DNA of 62,989 nt, the filler included, from Octopus bimaculoides (lineage: Eukaryota): assembly GCF_001194135.2 (NCBI RefSeq). It is 6 parts of 5 records of this genome, joined end to end, with 100 filler letters (N's around TTAATTAATTAA, not from the genome) between each part and the next. Parts side by side here need not be neighbours in the genome. Positions count along the whole stretch, not along the records: positions 1 to 21,161 come from NC_068994.1; 5 more parts are not named here. One strand, given 5' to 3'. The stretch's first letter is position 1; every line of letters begins with the position of its first letter. The notes below the pieces were generated by a model. It made no database searches, was not told the DNA's origin, and was given only the letters and a program-made list of their open reading frames with translations. A program made the translations under genes and the position numbers. Below, one piece after another: positions 1-13,689 of the stretch.

Positions 1-48
<48 letters not shown>

Positions 49-440
49 TATATGTCCATATATGTCATATAGTATATATAATAAAATATACATGAAATAA
101 ATCATACAAGTAGACTAGACAAATGTAGATATACCATATAAGTAAATACGATAAATCAGTGAAAAGGAGAAAAATAGAAAATTTACAACAGACCAAGATA
201 ATAGAATCATATATAGATAACTAGTTTATATAGTTAATGAAGTAATATGTTCTGGATAATACCTTAGGGATACACAAATGCAAATTTTAATGAAATCACT
301 TCGCCATAAAATATAAGTATCGTGTAGGATGGTGTACACGGCTTTATGCTTGTATTATCCGCACAATAAAGTTGTAATGGAAATACATAGACGCGAGAAA
401 TAAATAAATGAATATATATATATATATATTACACACACAT

Positions 441-506
<66 letters not shown>

Positions 507-1649
507 NNNNNNNNNNNNNNNNNNNNNNNNNNNNNNNNNNNNNNNNNNNNNNNNNNNNNNNNNNNNNNNNNNNNNNNNNNNNNNNNNNNNNNNNNNNNNN
601 NNNNNNNNNNNNNNNNNNNNNNNNNNNNNNNNNNNNNNNNNNNNNNNNNNNNNNNNNNNNNNNNNNNNNNNNNNNNNNNNNNNNNNNNNNNNNNNNNNNN
701 NNNNNNNNNNNNNNNNNNNNNNNNNNNNNNNNNNNNNNNNNNNNNNNNNNNNNNNNNNNNNNNNNNNNNNNNNNNNNNNNNNNNNNNNNNNNNNNNNNNN
801 NNNNNNNNNNNNNNNNNNNNNNNNNNNNNNNNNNNNNNNNNNNNNNNNNNNNNNNNNNNNNNNNNNNNNNNNNNNNNNNNNNNNNNNNNNNNNNNNNNNN
901 NNNNNNNNNNNNNNNNNNNNNNNNNNNNNNNNNNNNNNNNNNNNNNNNNNNNNNNNNNNNNNNNNNNNNNNNNNNNNNNNNNNNNNNNNNNNNNNNNNNN
1001 NNNNNNNNNNNNNNNNNNNNNNNNNNNNNNNNNNNNNNNNNNNNNNNNNNNNNNNNNNNNNNNNNNNNNNNNNNNNNNNNNNNNNNNNNNNNNNNNNNNN
1101 NNNNNNNNNNNNNNNNNNNNNNNNNNNNNNNNNNNNNNNNNNNNNNNNNNNNNNNNNNNNNNNNNNNNNNNNNNNNNNNNNNNNNNNNNNNNNNNNNNNN
1201 NNNNNNNNNNNNNNNNNNNNNNNNNNNNNNNNNNNNNNNNNNNNNNNNNNNNNNNNNNNNNNNNNNNNNNNNNNNNNNNNNNNNNNNNNNNNNNNNNNNN
1301 NNNNNNNNNNNNNNNNNNNNNNNNNNNNNNNNNNNNNNNNNNNNNNNNNNNNNNNNNNNNNNNNNNNNNNNNNNNNNNNNNNNNNNNNNNNNNNNNNNNN
1401 NNNNNNNNNNNNNNNNNNNNNNNNNNNNNNNNNNNNNNNNNNNNNNNNNNNNNNNNNNNNNNNNNNNNNNNNNNNNNNNNNNNNNNNNNNNNNNNNNNNN
1501 ATATACGTGTCTACGCATATGTGTGTATACTTGTGCGTAATATATCCATGAATGTATACATTCGAAGATATGTAAATATGCACATGCAGAAATATATATA
1601 TATACACATATACGCATGCGCATATATATACATATATACATATATATGC

Positions 1650-1682
<33 letters not shown>

Positions 1683-1862
1683 CATGTAGTAACATATATT
1701 TATATATACATGCACATACACAAACACACGTGTGTGAGTTTCTGTATATATGCATATGTATATATATATATGTGTATATGTATGTATATATACATACATA
1801 CATACATACATACATACATACATACATACATACATACATACATACATACATACATGCATATA
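1..1862. repeat. Compound (TA)n/(CA)n/(TACA)n microsatellites around a ~1 kb N gap (507-1500)
   Basis: Directly visible dinucleotide and tetranucleotide runs; the long ORFs here are YI/HT/X artefacts. Confidence 0.95.
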
Positions 1863-2534
1863 GAAAGAAGACTGTATATTTTCATGCAGGAGAATATAGG
1901 AGAATTAGTTTTTGAAAAACATACTTGATTTTAAATAGATTTATTCACATACATACCAAACTAGTTTCAACAATGGTTTTCTTTATCAATGGTACGATTG
2001 TATATAAAACAGAGTTTAAAATTATGAAGTAGAAATCGAGCAAGCATGTTTAAACGATCAAATGTTCACATAAGATTCAGTGAGTTTCACAAGGATAGAT
2101 AATGTCAAAGTAAATGTGCGGCGAAGAATATAATAAAAGTACGTTACTAAAAGTTCGACCACATTGAGATTTTGAAGAATACGTGGGCAAGAGAGAGAGA
2201 GAAAAGAAAATGAGAAGAGAGTAAGCAGATAGGAGTTTTTTTAGAGTGTCCGTTGTCGTGCCTGTAGTTCTTTTCTCTGTCGCGTACTGGACTCTGCGTT
2301 ATTAATGGAGCTTCCCCCACCCCTATTAAAGGGGAAGAACCCATTAGACGATGGAAAAAAGAACTACATGCACGGCAGAAACTGTAAAAAGTATTTTTTC
2401 TGCTCTCTTCCCCTTTTCTTTCTCTCTCATCCACAAATTCTATAAAAACTCAATATGGCCGAATTTTTAGCAATGTACATTTATTATATTCTTGCTCTTC
2501 GATCTTAAATGCTTATCTCTTGCATGAGACATCT

Positions 2535-2960
2535 ATCAGAGTTTCTGGGGTGGTTATGTACATCAGAGTAGCCCTCCACTACGTTAATCTGTTCGTTGGC
2601 AATATTGAAGCGTAGATTTTCTCAGAGTTCACCTGCCTCACATCGGAAATACACTATCACTACACTCTATCGGCGCTAGAACTCTCTTCTGCAAACTATA
2701 CTACACGTTTTATCGCTTTCGCCAATCAATTTCACTCCTCTTTAGAATTCACCTATATTTATAATACTGCATTTAACTTTATCAACATCTATTACCATCA
2801 ATCACATTCTCAGAACCACACCATATCCACTGAGCATTAATCTGACTTTCACTTCACGTCTTTCCCTTCTACTCATGACAAACATTCCACGCTTCTCTCT
2901 CAATTACTCTGCTACTACCACCTCAGTAGCTGCAAGCATGATGTTGAGAAACTTTTCCTA
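2535..2960 (+). mobile_element. Decayed Penelope-like element, reverse transcriptase fragment
   Basis: Manual translation across stops and shifts gives VSGVVMYIRVALHYVNLFVGNIEA*IFSEF, FIAFANQFHSSLEFT and KHS..SQ.L. These parallel the PLE RT motifs GVAMGTRMGPxYANLFVG, FxNxFHPxLxFT and KxSIPxSQFLR, in the right order. Confidence 0.7.
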
Positions 2961-3711
2961 CATATGGAATGCATAGCCTTGGCATTGTGTGTCGAATATA
3001 TATATATATATATATATGTATCCATGTATATGTATGTGTGTGTGTGAAGAAATACTGTGTGTAAACTTTAAAAAATAACATGAAAATATTTCGGTCTTTC
3101 TTTTAATAGTTTTCTGTGATTATTTGTGGTCAGGTATTTCACAGGTGTTTCTTATATATGTGCGTGTGACTCTGTGAGCGTGTGTATGTATATATATATA
3201 TATGTAGGTACATAGACAGATAGATACATACGTTGATATAAGTCTCTCTGTGTGTGCGTGTCTGTGTGCAAATATTGATAGTCATGTACGGTTGACAGTA
3301 ACGTAGATACACATATAAATAATTAATCTTTTTTTCTTTTTGTTTTGTAGAGTTTTTTTTGTGATATTGATATTCTTTGTGTTCAATTTAAAACAAATGG
3401 CCTTGTGGTGACAGTTAATGAAAATTCAACTTTATTTAAAACCACACGAATGCTTTGGGTTACATGATATTGCCTCCATTGCTAACGTAAAGTAAACTTT
3501 AATGTTGTATGAATTCCGTCGAATAAAATTCGCAAATGTGGGAAAATCGCCAAGTTCTTCAATAATAATTAACTAAATTGTTCCTACGGCTGTGAGAATT
3601 GGCAGACATGTTACAAAATGGCGCATTTAAATGGCTTCTGATGTTTATTGTTGTCTCATCTGCGCATCTAAGCATCGTGTTCAATTATTATCCTAGATAT
3701 TCATGTGAAGC

Positions 3712-3777
<66 letters not shown>

Positions 3778-3786
3778 GGTGGTGGT
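3712..3786. repeat. (GTA)n(GTG)n trinucleotide microsatellite
   Basis: Directly visible; source of the poly-Val ORF. Confidence 0.95.
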
Positions 3787-4111
3787 TACTGTTGTCACCA
3801 TTGTTCAGAACCAGGTCAGATCCGAGCGAGCAGACTAAGCATATAAGAAGTGTTTTGCCAGTTTTGTCCCATTAAGAGATACGCAAATAAGAACCACACT
3901 ATTTACACATGTACCCTTTACGTTTAAGTTGTTGGGTTTGAGATTATTTGAAGTATAGTTGGCTTTTGTTTCCAAAACGTCAAGTGATTCGGCTGAGTAG
4001 AGTTAGAAACAATAAGCAAACCTCCCTCGTAATATACCGTCGTATCAGTCCTTTTCTTGTCATCGTTTTATCTTATTATTATTAATATCATTATTATTAT
4101 TATTATTTTGT

Positions 4112-4318
4112 CCTCTAGGCACAAGGCCCGAAATTTTTAAAGAGGAGGCAGTTGATTAGATCGACCCCAGTACGCAACTGGTACTAAATTTATTGACCCC
4201 GAAAGGATGAAAGGCAAAGTCGCTCTTGGCGGAATTTGAACTCAGAACGTAAAGACAGACGAAATACCACTAAGCATTTTGCCTGGCGTGCTAACGTTTC
4301 AGCCAGCTCGCCGCCTTA
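4112..4318 (-). mobile_element. tRNA-derived SINE, family 1 (octopus-type, AAGGCGGCGAGCTGG head)
   Basis: The reverse complement has head AAGGCGGCGAGCTGGCTGAAACGTTAG, B-box-like GTTCAAATTCC and central GCCTTTCATCCTTTCGGGGTC, with a (TTA)n tail. It matches about 10 other copies in the window. Confidence 0.9.
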
Positions 4319-4355
4319 TATTATTATCATTATTATCATTATTATTATTATTATT

Positions 4356-4401
<46 letters not shown>

Positions 4402-4409
4402 TCATTATT

Positions 4410-4615
4410 AAGGCAGCAAGCTTGCAGGCATTTCTTGCGACTTTACTTCATGCTCTTTACGTTCCGAGTTCTAATTATGCAGCGGTTGACATTGTCTCTA
4501 TTCCGTTCGGGGTCGATAAAAATAAGAAAAAATTGAGCGGTGGGGTTGATACAATTAAGTGATCGCCCCATCTCATTAAATTGTTGGTATTGTACCAAAA
4601 TTTGAGACCATTATC
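4410..4615 (+). mobile_element. Degenerate family 1 SINE
   Basis: AAGGCAGCAAGCTTGCAG head, GTTCCGAGTTCTAATT, TTCGGGGTCGATAAA, and tail GTACCAAAATTTGAGACCATTATC. Confidence 0.7.
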
Positions 4616-6574
4616 ATTCTTATTTTAAAAGCGCTATATGATTGTGTCCATCGAGCGATAAACCAAATACTTTACAGGATTAAGTTGTACATTTTAAAAG
4701 CAAATCTCTACATGTTGTGAAAGGAAATCCAGTTTTGCATTCGCCTTACATCTTCCTCATTCGATTAATGTCTGTTTAACGCATTTTCGAAACCATTATA
4801 GTTTTATTGTTGCTGTCGTATCTATCTTATTTTACCATGAAAAAAATGCTGTTTTAGAATAGCCCCTATTCCTCTTTTCTTTATTGAATCGTTTGCTTTT
4901 TTTCTCTCCATCATGAAGAAGGATAAGAAGGGATAAGCTGTTAGATGTCTTCTGTATTCACGAGAAGGACTCTTTTCTTTTTCTCTTGTCATTCACGTGT
5001 GAAATTAGTTTCAATATGGCTACACTGGTGTGGATGTGAGATAATTCGTATACAGTGGGAAGCCACATTCCATCTTTGGAGAAGGAGAAAGAAAATAAAT
5101 TTGTGCGTGAGTGTGTGCGCGTGTGTGTGTGTGAGGAACATTTGCCCCAAAAGCATTTACAATTGCAACACCGATATTATAGAATGTCAGCATTGACAAT
5201 GACAATACGAAAGATAAACGTGTTACTTAGGCACTTAAGAAAAATCTGAAAGACAACAACAGTAATAAAAAATACTACAGAAAAAAATGCATTTGCATAT
5301 GTCATATTTCAGGACCTTAATAAAATAACTGAAAAACAAAAATTAAGGGACCAATAAATGCAAATTTGCTGAAAGACTTGTGCATGTAAATAGATATTAA
5401 CGTTAAGATTTATGCCGAGGAGAGGCTATTGTGTTACTCATGCCAGAAAAATACAAATTAATGGGCTATATATTATTATATATACATACTCACACGGAAG
5501 AAAAAATATATATGCATGAAAGTAATAAGATTAGCATTAGAGATATAAATACATACTTGATTTCGGGCCAAGGAAATAATTTAAACGTGATTGTTCCAGT
5601 TTTTAGGTAATAGTAGACAGATCTCTCTCAACTCGGTCTCTATTGTTTTATAAATCGAAAAGGGCATTTTTATATTATAATAATGTGTTGTTAATTGCAT
5701 TATACATGAGGCGAATATGTGATGACATGGCTTGATCACATTTTGTTGGACAGCTATTCTATCTGGATTGAGGTAGAGTTCAACAACATCAACAAAACAA
5801 CGACACTTTTTTGTCTATGTTAAATTTTTCCAGTAATATTATGAAGGTCCTGAGAGATGTCGAAAAACACGATTCATAGAAATGCATGTTTTTCTCTAGC
5901 GTCTCTTTTATTTCCTTTCTTATTTTCATATATATCTTAATACAGAATTTTAGTTTTTGTAAGGTCAGTTTGTCGTTTTTGACAGTGCAGATAAATGCGT
6001 GGATCTGCTGTTGACGACATATGACACCAGAAGCTAAGTTATCTCAGAAATCTACTTTTAAAGTTCCTGGGTGAAGAGTTTGTGCTTATAAACGCTTTTA
6101 AAAACTTCTCTATATGAAAACGATAAAAACGTTATCAGAACTATGACAATACGATGTAAAGAAAAAAACAAAGTCATAAGAACAATAAAGATGAAATCTC
6201 TTAGTGTTATTTGTCATTTCCAAAGTGAGTCCAGGGAGGAATGTCCATGAATCACATGGGAATTCTTTATGAAGGTCGGATGGATTTATTTTGGCAAAAT
6301 TTGACTAAAATCTCTGTTATTTCAAGCGACGGCGTAGAGACTTGTCAGCTTCCACGGTTGTTGTTTATCACTATACATGATATTTCAGTGATATATCATA
6401 TTTACGAGTGGAGAAGAGCTACTTTTTTGCAAAGGTTTTTGTATCAGCACGTAAACATATACAATTTCGAAATGTTTATGAAACGCAGACCCTTTTGTCA
6501 ACGATACGATCATCTACAACTGTCTGTCAATAAGTTATTGCTTTCAAATCAGTTCTTTTAATACTTATCAATTC

Positions 6575-6668
<94 letters not shown>

Positions 6669-7198
6669 NNNNNNNNNNNNNNNNNNNNNNNNNNNNNNNN
6701 NNNNNNNNNNNNNNNNNNNNNNNNNNNNNNNNNNNNNNNNNNNNNNNNNNNNNNNNNNNNNNNNNNNNNNNNNNNNNNNNNNNNNNNNNNNNNNNNNNNN
6801 NNNNNNNNNNNNNNNNNNNNNNNNNNNNNNNNNNNNNNNNNNNNNNNNNNNNNNNNNNNNNNNNNNNNNNNNNNNNNNNNNNNNNNNNNNNNNNNNNNNN
6901 NNNNNNNNNNNNNNNNNNNNNNNNNNNNNNNNNNNNNNNNNNNNNNNNNNNNNNNNNNNNNNNNNNNNNNNNNNNNNNNNNNNNNNNNNNNNNNNNNNNN
7001 NNNNNNNNNNNNNNNNNNNNNNNNNNNNNNNNNNNNNNNNNNNNNNNNNNNNNNNNNNNNNNNNNNNNNNNNNNNNNNNNNNNNNNNNNNNNNNNNNNNN
7101 NNNNNNNNNNNNNNNNNNNNNNNNNNNNNNNNNNNNNNNNNNNNNNNNNNNNNNNNNNNNNNNNNNNNNNNNNNNNNNNNNNNNNNNNNNNNNNNNNN

Positions 7199-7230
<32 letters not shown>
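6575..7230. repeat. (TTA)n(TA)n(GATA)n and (AG)n microsatellites flanking an N gap
   Basis: Directly visible. Confidence 0.95.
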
Positions 7231-7234
<4 letters not shown>

Positions 7235-8477
7235 TAAGTTTACATAGTTGCTTTTATTTCCATTTTTAGTCTCCAGCTTATTACTTTAAACTATTAAGAT
7301 AGCTACGACCAACTTTCTATTCTCTTTGACGCTCATCAATACTTGACTTCACTTTATTATAACTTTCAGAATGATTGTGTCTTTTTCGATACATCAAATT
7401 CTTGGTAAATATAATCAGGTTAATTTACTGCTTGAAATAATACAGACCTTTTCTTTACGCATCATTTTATTTTATAATATAATGCAAATATCCGCAACAT
7501 TTGTGGGCCACAAGTAAGTTTCCTTTAATATTCTCGAGTTTCCTGTAGTATTTATTGTACATATGTCATGTGTAGCACTTTGCTGCTTACTATAATGCAG
7601 GAACCTAGTGAAGTGTAAGCTATTGTGAGTTACTACTTGGAGATATTCCAAGAATTTTTTTACGTTTCAGTGGGACATTAATAAGTAGAAATCTAACGAC
7701 CAGTTGAATTCGCACATTGGTTTTCGATTTGTCTCTGTTGGAAAGCTTTGCTTCACAACCTAACAAGGAGACCTCTTTGAGATCACTGAACTTACTAGAA
7801 ATAGAGGCTAATTTCCTACAAAATACGCCCCGTTGTCTTCAAACAATAGTCAAGATTGAGCAAGTTATTTATCATATTTTGTACAATCGAGGTTTACCTT
7901 GGGTTGAACAAGAATTTTGGCTATTTAATGCCGTTCTTGAGATTTGAACAAACAAGCAGATATCAACTTTCTGTTTTTTCCACCACGCTTCCATAACTTT
8001 CTCATTTTACTATTTCAGTATTTTCATCCAGCGAGCTGGTGTCGCTGGGACGCCGCCATCTTAAGATATTTTGTTCATTCAGAGAATGGATGGTCTTTTG
8101 AAATCAATAACCGTGTTAGGTTTCCTTTTGATTGCTCTTGGGAGTTTATTTCTGTTTTTTTTTTTTCCTCCATCTATTTCTGTTTTGTTGCGCTTGTTAT
8201 TGTCGATTTTTCGACACGGCTTTTAAGTGCAGTTCTTATCCGCAAAAGCAATAAAAAATATCTATACTCTCTGAACCTATTTTATCCATGATATCTCAAC
8301 CTTCTCGTGTCACAATGAAGCCAAACTATAAATTTTCCAGAAACGATGCGTGCACTTAACGAGCACAAACGACATGTCGCTATTTTTGTTGTTGTTTAAC
8401 CACGATTCACTCCTTCAATATGATAAAAGTCGCTCAGTTTTTAAGTATTCCATATTTGTGACAAATATAAAAATGGT

Positions 8478-8590
8478 TTCAAATTTTGGCACAAGGCCAG
8501 GATTTCGTGGGGAATAAGGAAATCATTTACATTAACCCCAGTGCTCAACTGGTACTTATTTTGTCGATCCTAAAAAAAGCCAAAGTCAAA
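8478..8590 (-). mobile_element. Family 1 SINE 3' half
   Basis: TTTCAAATTTTGGCACAAGGCC...CCCCAGTGCTCAACTGGTACTTATTTT matches the 3' half of the other copies. Confidence 0.75.
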
Positions 8591-9634
8591 ATAAATACAG
8601 TGGTGGTTGAGGGAAGGGGAGGTGAGGCAGGAGCAGGAGGAGGATGAAGAGGGGAGGAAGAGAGGGAAGATGGTGGAAGAGGTGGAGTAGGAGAAAGAGT
8701 TTGTGGAGCTAGATATGATGTTGATGACAATAGGGGTGACGGTGATGATGGTGGCATTAATTAAATGATCATAGTGACGATGAAGACAACGACTATAATG
8801 ATAGCGATGAGGCTGATGATGATGATGATGATGATGATGATAAGAAGAAGGAAGATTATGACGACGATCATGCGAAGAGGAGCATGTCTAGCATAATGAT
8901 GATGATGATGCCTCGACATGCTAGCGGTGAAGCAAGCAACTTCCGGGGTGTTTTAGTCGGATGCTAAGAAGAGGAAAAAAGGAGACAACAAACAAATAGC
9001 GAGACAAACAGCCATCGAATAAAGCAAAAGTGAGATAATTCAAAGGTGAATCAACTGAACGATGCGATGGCACCTAATGAGATAAAACACAAATCGCCAA
9101 CCCAATTACTGTTCCATTTACCATTTTTCCTTTTCTGTCTTAAACGCTTTTAAAAGGTAATTTCACGCATGAGAAGCAAATAGAGGACACCAGAATAAAA
9201 TGATTCCTTTTCCTAATTGCAAATCTTTCATTACTAATAAAATAGTAAAAGGCGTGGAAATGTCGTATTCCATTCTTTCTCCAAACAAGACAGAAGTTAA
9301 AATATTCTCATCATTCGTTCATTGATATCGGTGATCATATTCATCACAGTTGTTCACGGGAAAAATACATTAAGCTTTTCTTTACAGTTTACATATATAT
9401 TTGTATCTCTGGCACGTGGCACCTGTAGATTATATATAAATATAAAAGCGTTGCAGTTCATTTGAAGTATTGCAGTATAGAAAGCAGTAAAAAAAAAATC
9501 TATGTAAATACACTTTTTTTTTTGTCTGAATCCTTCTCAAGATAGGCTTTGCGCCCGAAATACATAGGGTTTTAAAAAATAACTCTGAATTATTAGAAGC
9601 TTTCCTTGTTTCATTTTTCAAATATATATATATA

Positions 9635-9672
<38 letters not shown>

Positions 9673-9899
9673 TTACTTTCATACGTCACGCAATCAGCAG
9701 GTTTATGTAGTGACAGTTTTGTTCCACAATTGACTATTGTTGTTAATTGTGGAACACGACAGCCCCTACATAAATCTGATGACTGAGTAACGCATGGACG
9801 TAGTAGTTTAATTCAATATTAAAGAATCGTAAAAGTGTAAAAAAATTTCAAATAACGAAACGTGAAAATCAGACTAATTTGGAATTTCATTGACTAATA

Positions 9900-10615
9900 T
9901 ATTCTTTTATACACAATCATACAATCTCGGATATATGTTAACAAGGACGGTTGTCTGGAAGATTCTGTTTCCCGTTTCTATTGACATCGATTCTCTCAGA
10001 CTCATTGTTGATGTGACAGTTACTAATGATGATAAATCTCTAAGTAGTTCCTGTGTCTAAGTTGCATGTTTTTCTTTCATGCGTTTAGTCACGTATTACT
10101 TGTTTTGGTACTTCGCCGGTATTGCAAAGGCGTATTCATATATTTGCTTGCGGCTTTTGCCCTTAATTTTTATTCAGCAAAAGGAAACAGGCCACGTCAT
10201 TGCAATTTAGGTAGTGACAGAAATATAATTGCATAGTGAATCTTGAAAAAAGTTTTGCATATTTTCTGCCTATTTCTTAATTTGAAACGCTCGAAATCTC
10301 TTGACTTTTACTTATTGAATTATTGAATTTCAAATTATGGCCTACGCAATATGACTTGCTGTAACCGCTATACGTAATAGAGAAGCTGCAAGTTTTGTAG
10401 ATATTATATAATTGACACGTTTGTGAGGAACATAACCATACATTATTTTTGGTGGTGCTGAGTTTTTATCCTCCAGGTTTTGATTATTTGTAAGATATTA
10501 CTCCTATCCCATTTGATCAATTGGTAAAAATCTTCGATTGTTTGGACTTTACTTTAGTAGGTCCGGCTTATACGATGTTCAAAGACTGTCTGAGCTGACC
10601 TGAAGCCTCCTCTCA

Positions 10616-10655
<40 letters not shown>

Positions 10656-12320
10656 GAATATGTATGCTGATATCAATATTTCTATAGAAGTATCCAGCTG
10701 ATACCAGAATTTTGCAGGTTTTAATATCAAAGGAGCGGACTTTCTCAGTTGTTAAGTTTCCAAAATCCTGATTCCAAAACTGATATAAAAAATGCATCAT
10801 TGGATATTTTCTTTATGTAAGACTAAAGCTCTGACTTTTTATGTCTGACATCATGTTTCCTTGATCATTTTATATTTGTTCACAACGATGATACGCTTTC
10901 ATCAATATCTAAGTATTTGTAGCACTGATTGTGAGGATCAGGAGGGATCTCTGACGTCAAACTTATTTTCTTTTTTTTACTTTAATGTCGTTTTTCTACT
11001 TACATTCAGCTATCGATTATGAACATCTACATTTGCTAAATTCCACCCATATCGTATTTGAAATAACAATTAAATCGAGTTTCATTCTAAATATTTTCAG
11101 TGTAGATCATGAGATCGTCAACAAACAAATAGATATATACTCGTGATTCTTTCATTTGCCGTCTGCAGCATTAGACTTCTTCTAAACCTTCAATCGCAGC
11201 ACTTAAAGCAGCAGTTATATTCGGTCATATTTGCTAAATGAAATAAATCCGGCAACTATGGATAGAGAACAGAATTGTAATGCTTTTGGGATTGTTTATA
11301 CAAGTCTGTACTTCTTTTGAATTGGATTCGTTAATGTCAGCGTATTTAATGCAAACATTATGTATATGCTTGCTAGAAATATCGAAATACTAAGTTGTTC
11401 CGCGTCATCAAAATCCGTCCCTTCTTTCATCTGCCAAGTCATTACACATTTCCTTGCTGGAAACATAATATTCCCGGAAGAAATTATTGAAAAGATTCTT
11501 CAAGGTTTATCACCTATGTTTAGGCAAACCTATAGTTTTCTGCGAAATCATTTGTTTTATTCTTGGCTAAAAGATTTGTCCTTGCCGTGGTAGGCAATTT
11601 CTGTATGTCAATTTGACCTTCTGTAGTAATTTTAAACCTACATATGAAAGCATTCAAGAAAATGTTACATTTGTACTTCTCTCCTAATATTAAATCTCTT
11701 GCTAACATCTTATTATGCAGCTTTACCGCAGTTAAGGAGAGAAAAATGCATCGGGTCGCAGCAGTAATTCTTTTTGATTATATTCCACCATGATACATTA
11801 TGATTCACAATCGTTCTTTTCATTCTAGATCTTACACAAAAATGTTTCAAGACCTTAAGAAGTAGCTTGTTGTGCAAGGATATTGTGTTTATAGTCATTG
11901 ATATTTTGAATACTCCCTTCCAATTACTGAGTTTTCCCAGATGTTTATTAAATATTATTAATTAGTAAAGTTTATTAAGTAATAAAGGTTATTAATTGCC
12001 TCTTCAAGGATATGGAGTGTAGAACCTACCAACATTTTAGTATTTTTATTTTACATAAGATGGAGAACATTATTTTTCTTAACTCCTTAATATATTGTCA
12101 ACAAGTCCGACCGGTAGTACCCAGCAATTGATATTTTCCACTAATTTTCTTATCAACGTCAGTAATATATTATGGGTAGTTTCATTACCAGGTACACTGC
12201 ATATCTCTTTTAGGTGTTGTTTAACAAGATCATCGCCCGTATATAGAGAGACAAATAGTCCACACAATCTCTGACGATTTCACAATTAACTTTTAAATCG
12301 AAATCGACTGTTCTTTTCTA
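9900..12320 (-). mobile_element. Decayed R4/Dong-clade non-LTR retrotransposon (RT and downstream region)
   Basis: Minus-strand motifs in the expected order: TTARTNLLAKN..AENYR, AEQL.I, YLFVDDLMIY, D(M)G.EF.KC, YKYLDIDES, FDIKTCKIL..GYFYRNIDISIHIPR, GGFRSAQTVFEHRI, YAFAI. There are multiple stops and frameshifts. Confidence 0.8.
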
Positions 12321-13689
12321 TTTTCTATTTTTTATCTCACCTAAAATTGTATGTTGTCTAAAGAAAGTTTCAGAAAGTTTCAAGAATATAAAAACATGCT
12401 GAAATTGCTAAAATGTGCCCAAGTTATTGAATATTCTACAGTCATCTTGGTCCGATTGATTTTATACAGACGTATATGAGTATTGCTCAATAGTGGCGAT
12501 TGGACACGAGAAAAATGGTGGTTTATTTAGATTTTTATTGCTGACTTCTATGGCAGATTTCGGTGCTGTTAAATATATTGAGCAAAACTGTAGAACAACA
12601 AATGCTATCTGTGACAATTTTGAAAGGCGATGAAAGATTTCTGTTTCGAAAGTTACTTAGATTTTGGAATTATATAAGTTTGGCATCACTTCCGCCAAAT
12701 AATTGTTTTAAACCGCTTTCTTTACACGATACGATTTTTCACACCATTGTTGATAGTAGTGGAATAATTCTTTATTGAAATATAAATTCCAAGTGATATG
12801 ACGAGAAAATATACCACCTTACGTCGCAATTTTGCTGTTTCTGTTGATTTCAGTTTTATTGCGGTCATCCGTGTCAGCCATAATCAGCGAAGCGTAGGGT
12901 AAAGTGATTTACATAATCCAGTCTGAAAAGTGCTAAATTGTTTAGTAAAAGTTGTTTCTCTTATATAACAGCGAAAACATGTAAGCTGACTTAACATTGT
13001 AAGGTTATATAACAAAAGAGTGTATGCTTTACATTACATTTCTACTTACCAAACAAAATGCTGTGAATACATAATTAATCAATTATTTCATGATTGGTTA
13101 ATTAATTATTTAACCCGACTGAGATTGCATGTACTGTTATGCAAATAAGATTGGCCTGCTTAGTTATGTATCCGAGTTTGTATACATTAGAAATGCCAGG
13201 AAACCACTAATCTCTCCGTAAAAACATGTACGTATTCTTTCTCTGTTGTATCTCCTGCAAGATTAGAAACTCAGCAGAGTAATGCCACATTTTCTGACCA
13301 AGCAAAGACTGACAAAAATCAAATTGTTTACTTTCTATAATATGGTTTAAATTGTTTTCTGCCATAATCTCGGATGGGAAAATCTTTTCAGAAGAAATTA
13401 GATGGAGAGAAACCGAACAGCTCGTCAATGACCTCTGAATGGCTTCTGCACTCGTCCAATGGTTTCTGAACTTCGGAAGGTATACTTAATCCATCGGCCT
13501 TTTTATTTCCATCAACTAGTGTTTGTGTGACTTTAATGAATTCAACTCTCTTGCAAGTATTGTAACTAGATCTTTTGTGTCTACAGATGTTAAGCTCTTT
13601 CTTCTACTTCCAAGCGTTGAAAGATAACTCTTCTCTTTCGCATAATAATTTCTGAGACTTTGCAAGGGATGAAGAATATCAATCTTCTA

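Noticed and set aside
355-1928. Long ORFs of 400-500 aa here, and similar ones at 14.6, 20, 27.5, 36.5 and 51.6-53.2 kb
   Set aside because: They consist of N-gap X residues and dinucleotide or trinucleotide repeat translations; there is no real coding signal.
3599-3838. ORF with a signal-peptide-like start and poly-Val
   Set aside because: It has a non-ATG start, the poly-Val comes from a (GTA)n microsatellite, and there is no splice or homology support.
7300-8330. SSR-free tract with moderately open frames
   Set aside because: I could not recognise any protein motif on either strand, so it is left uncalled.
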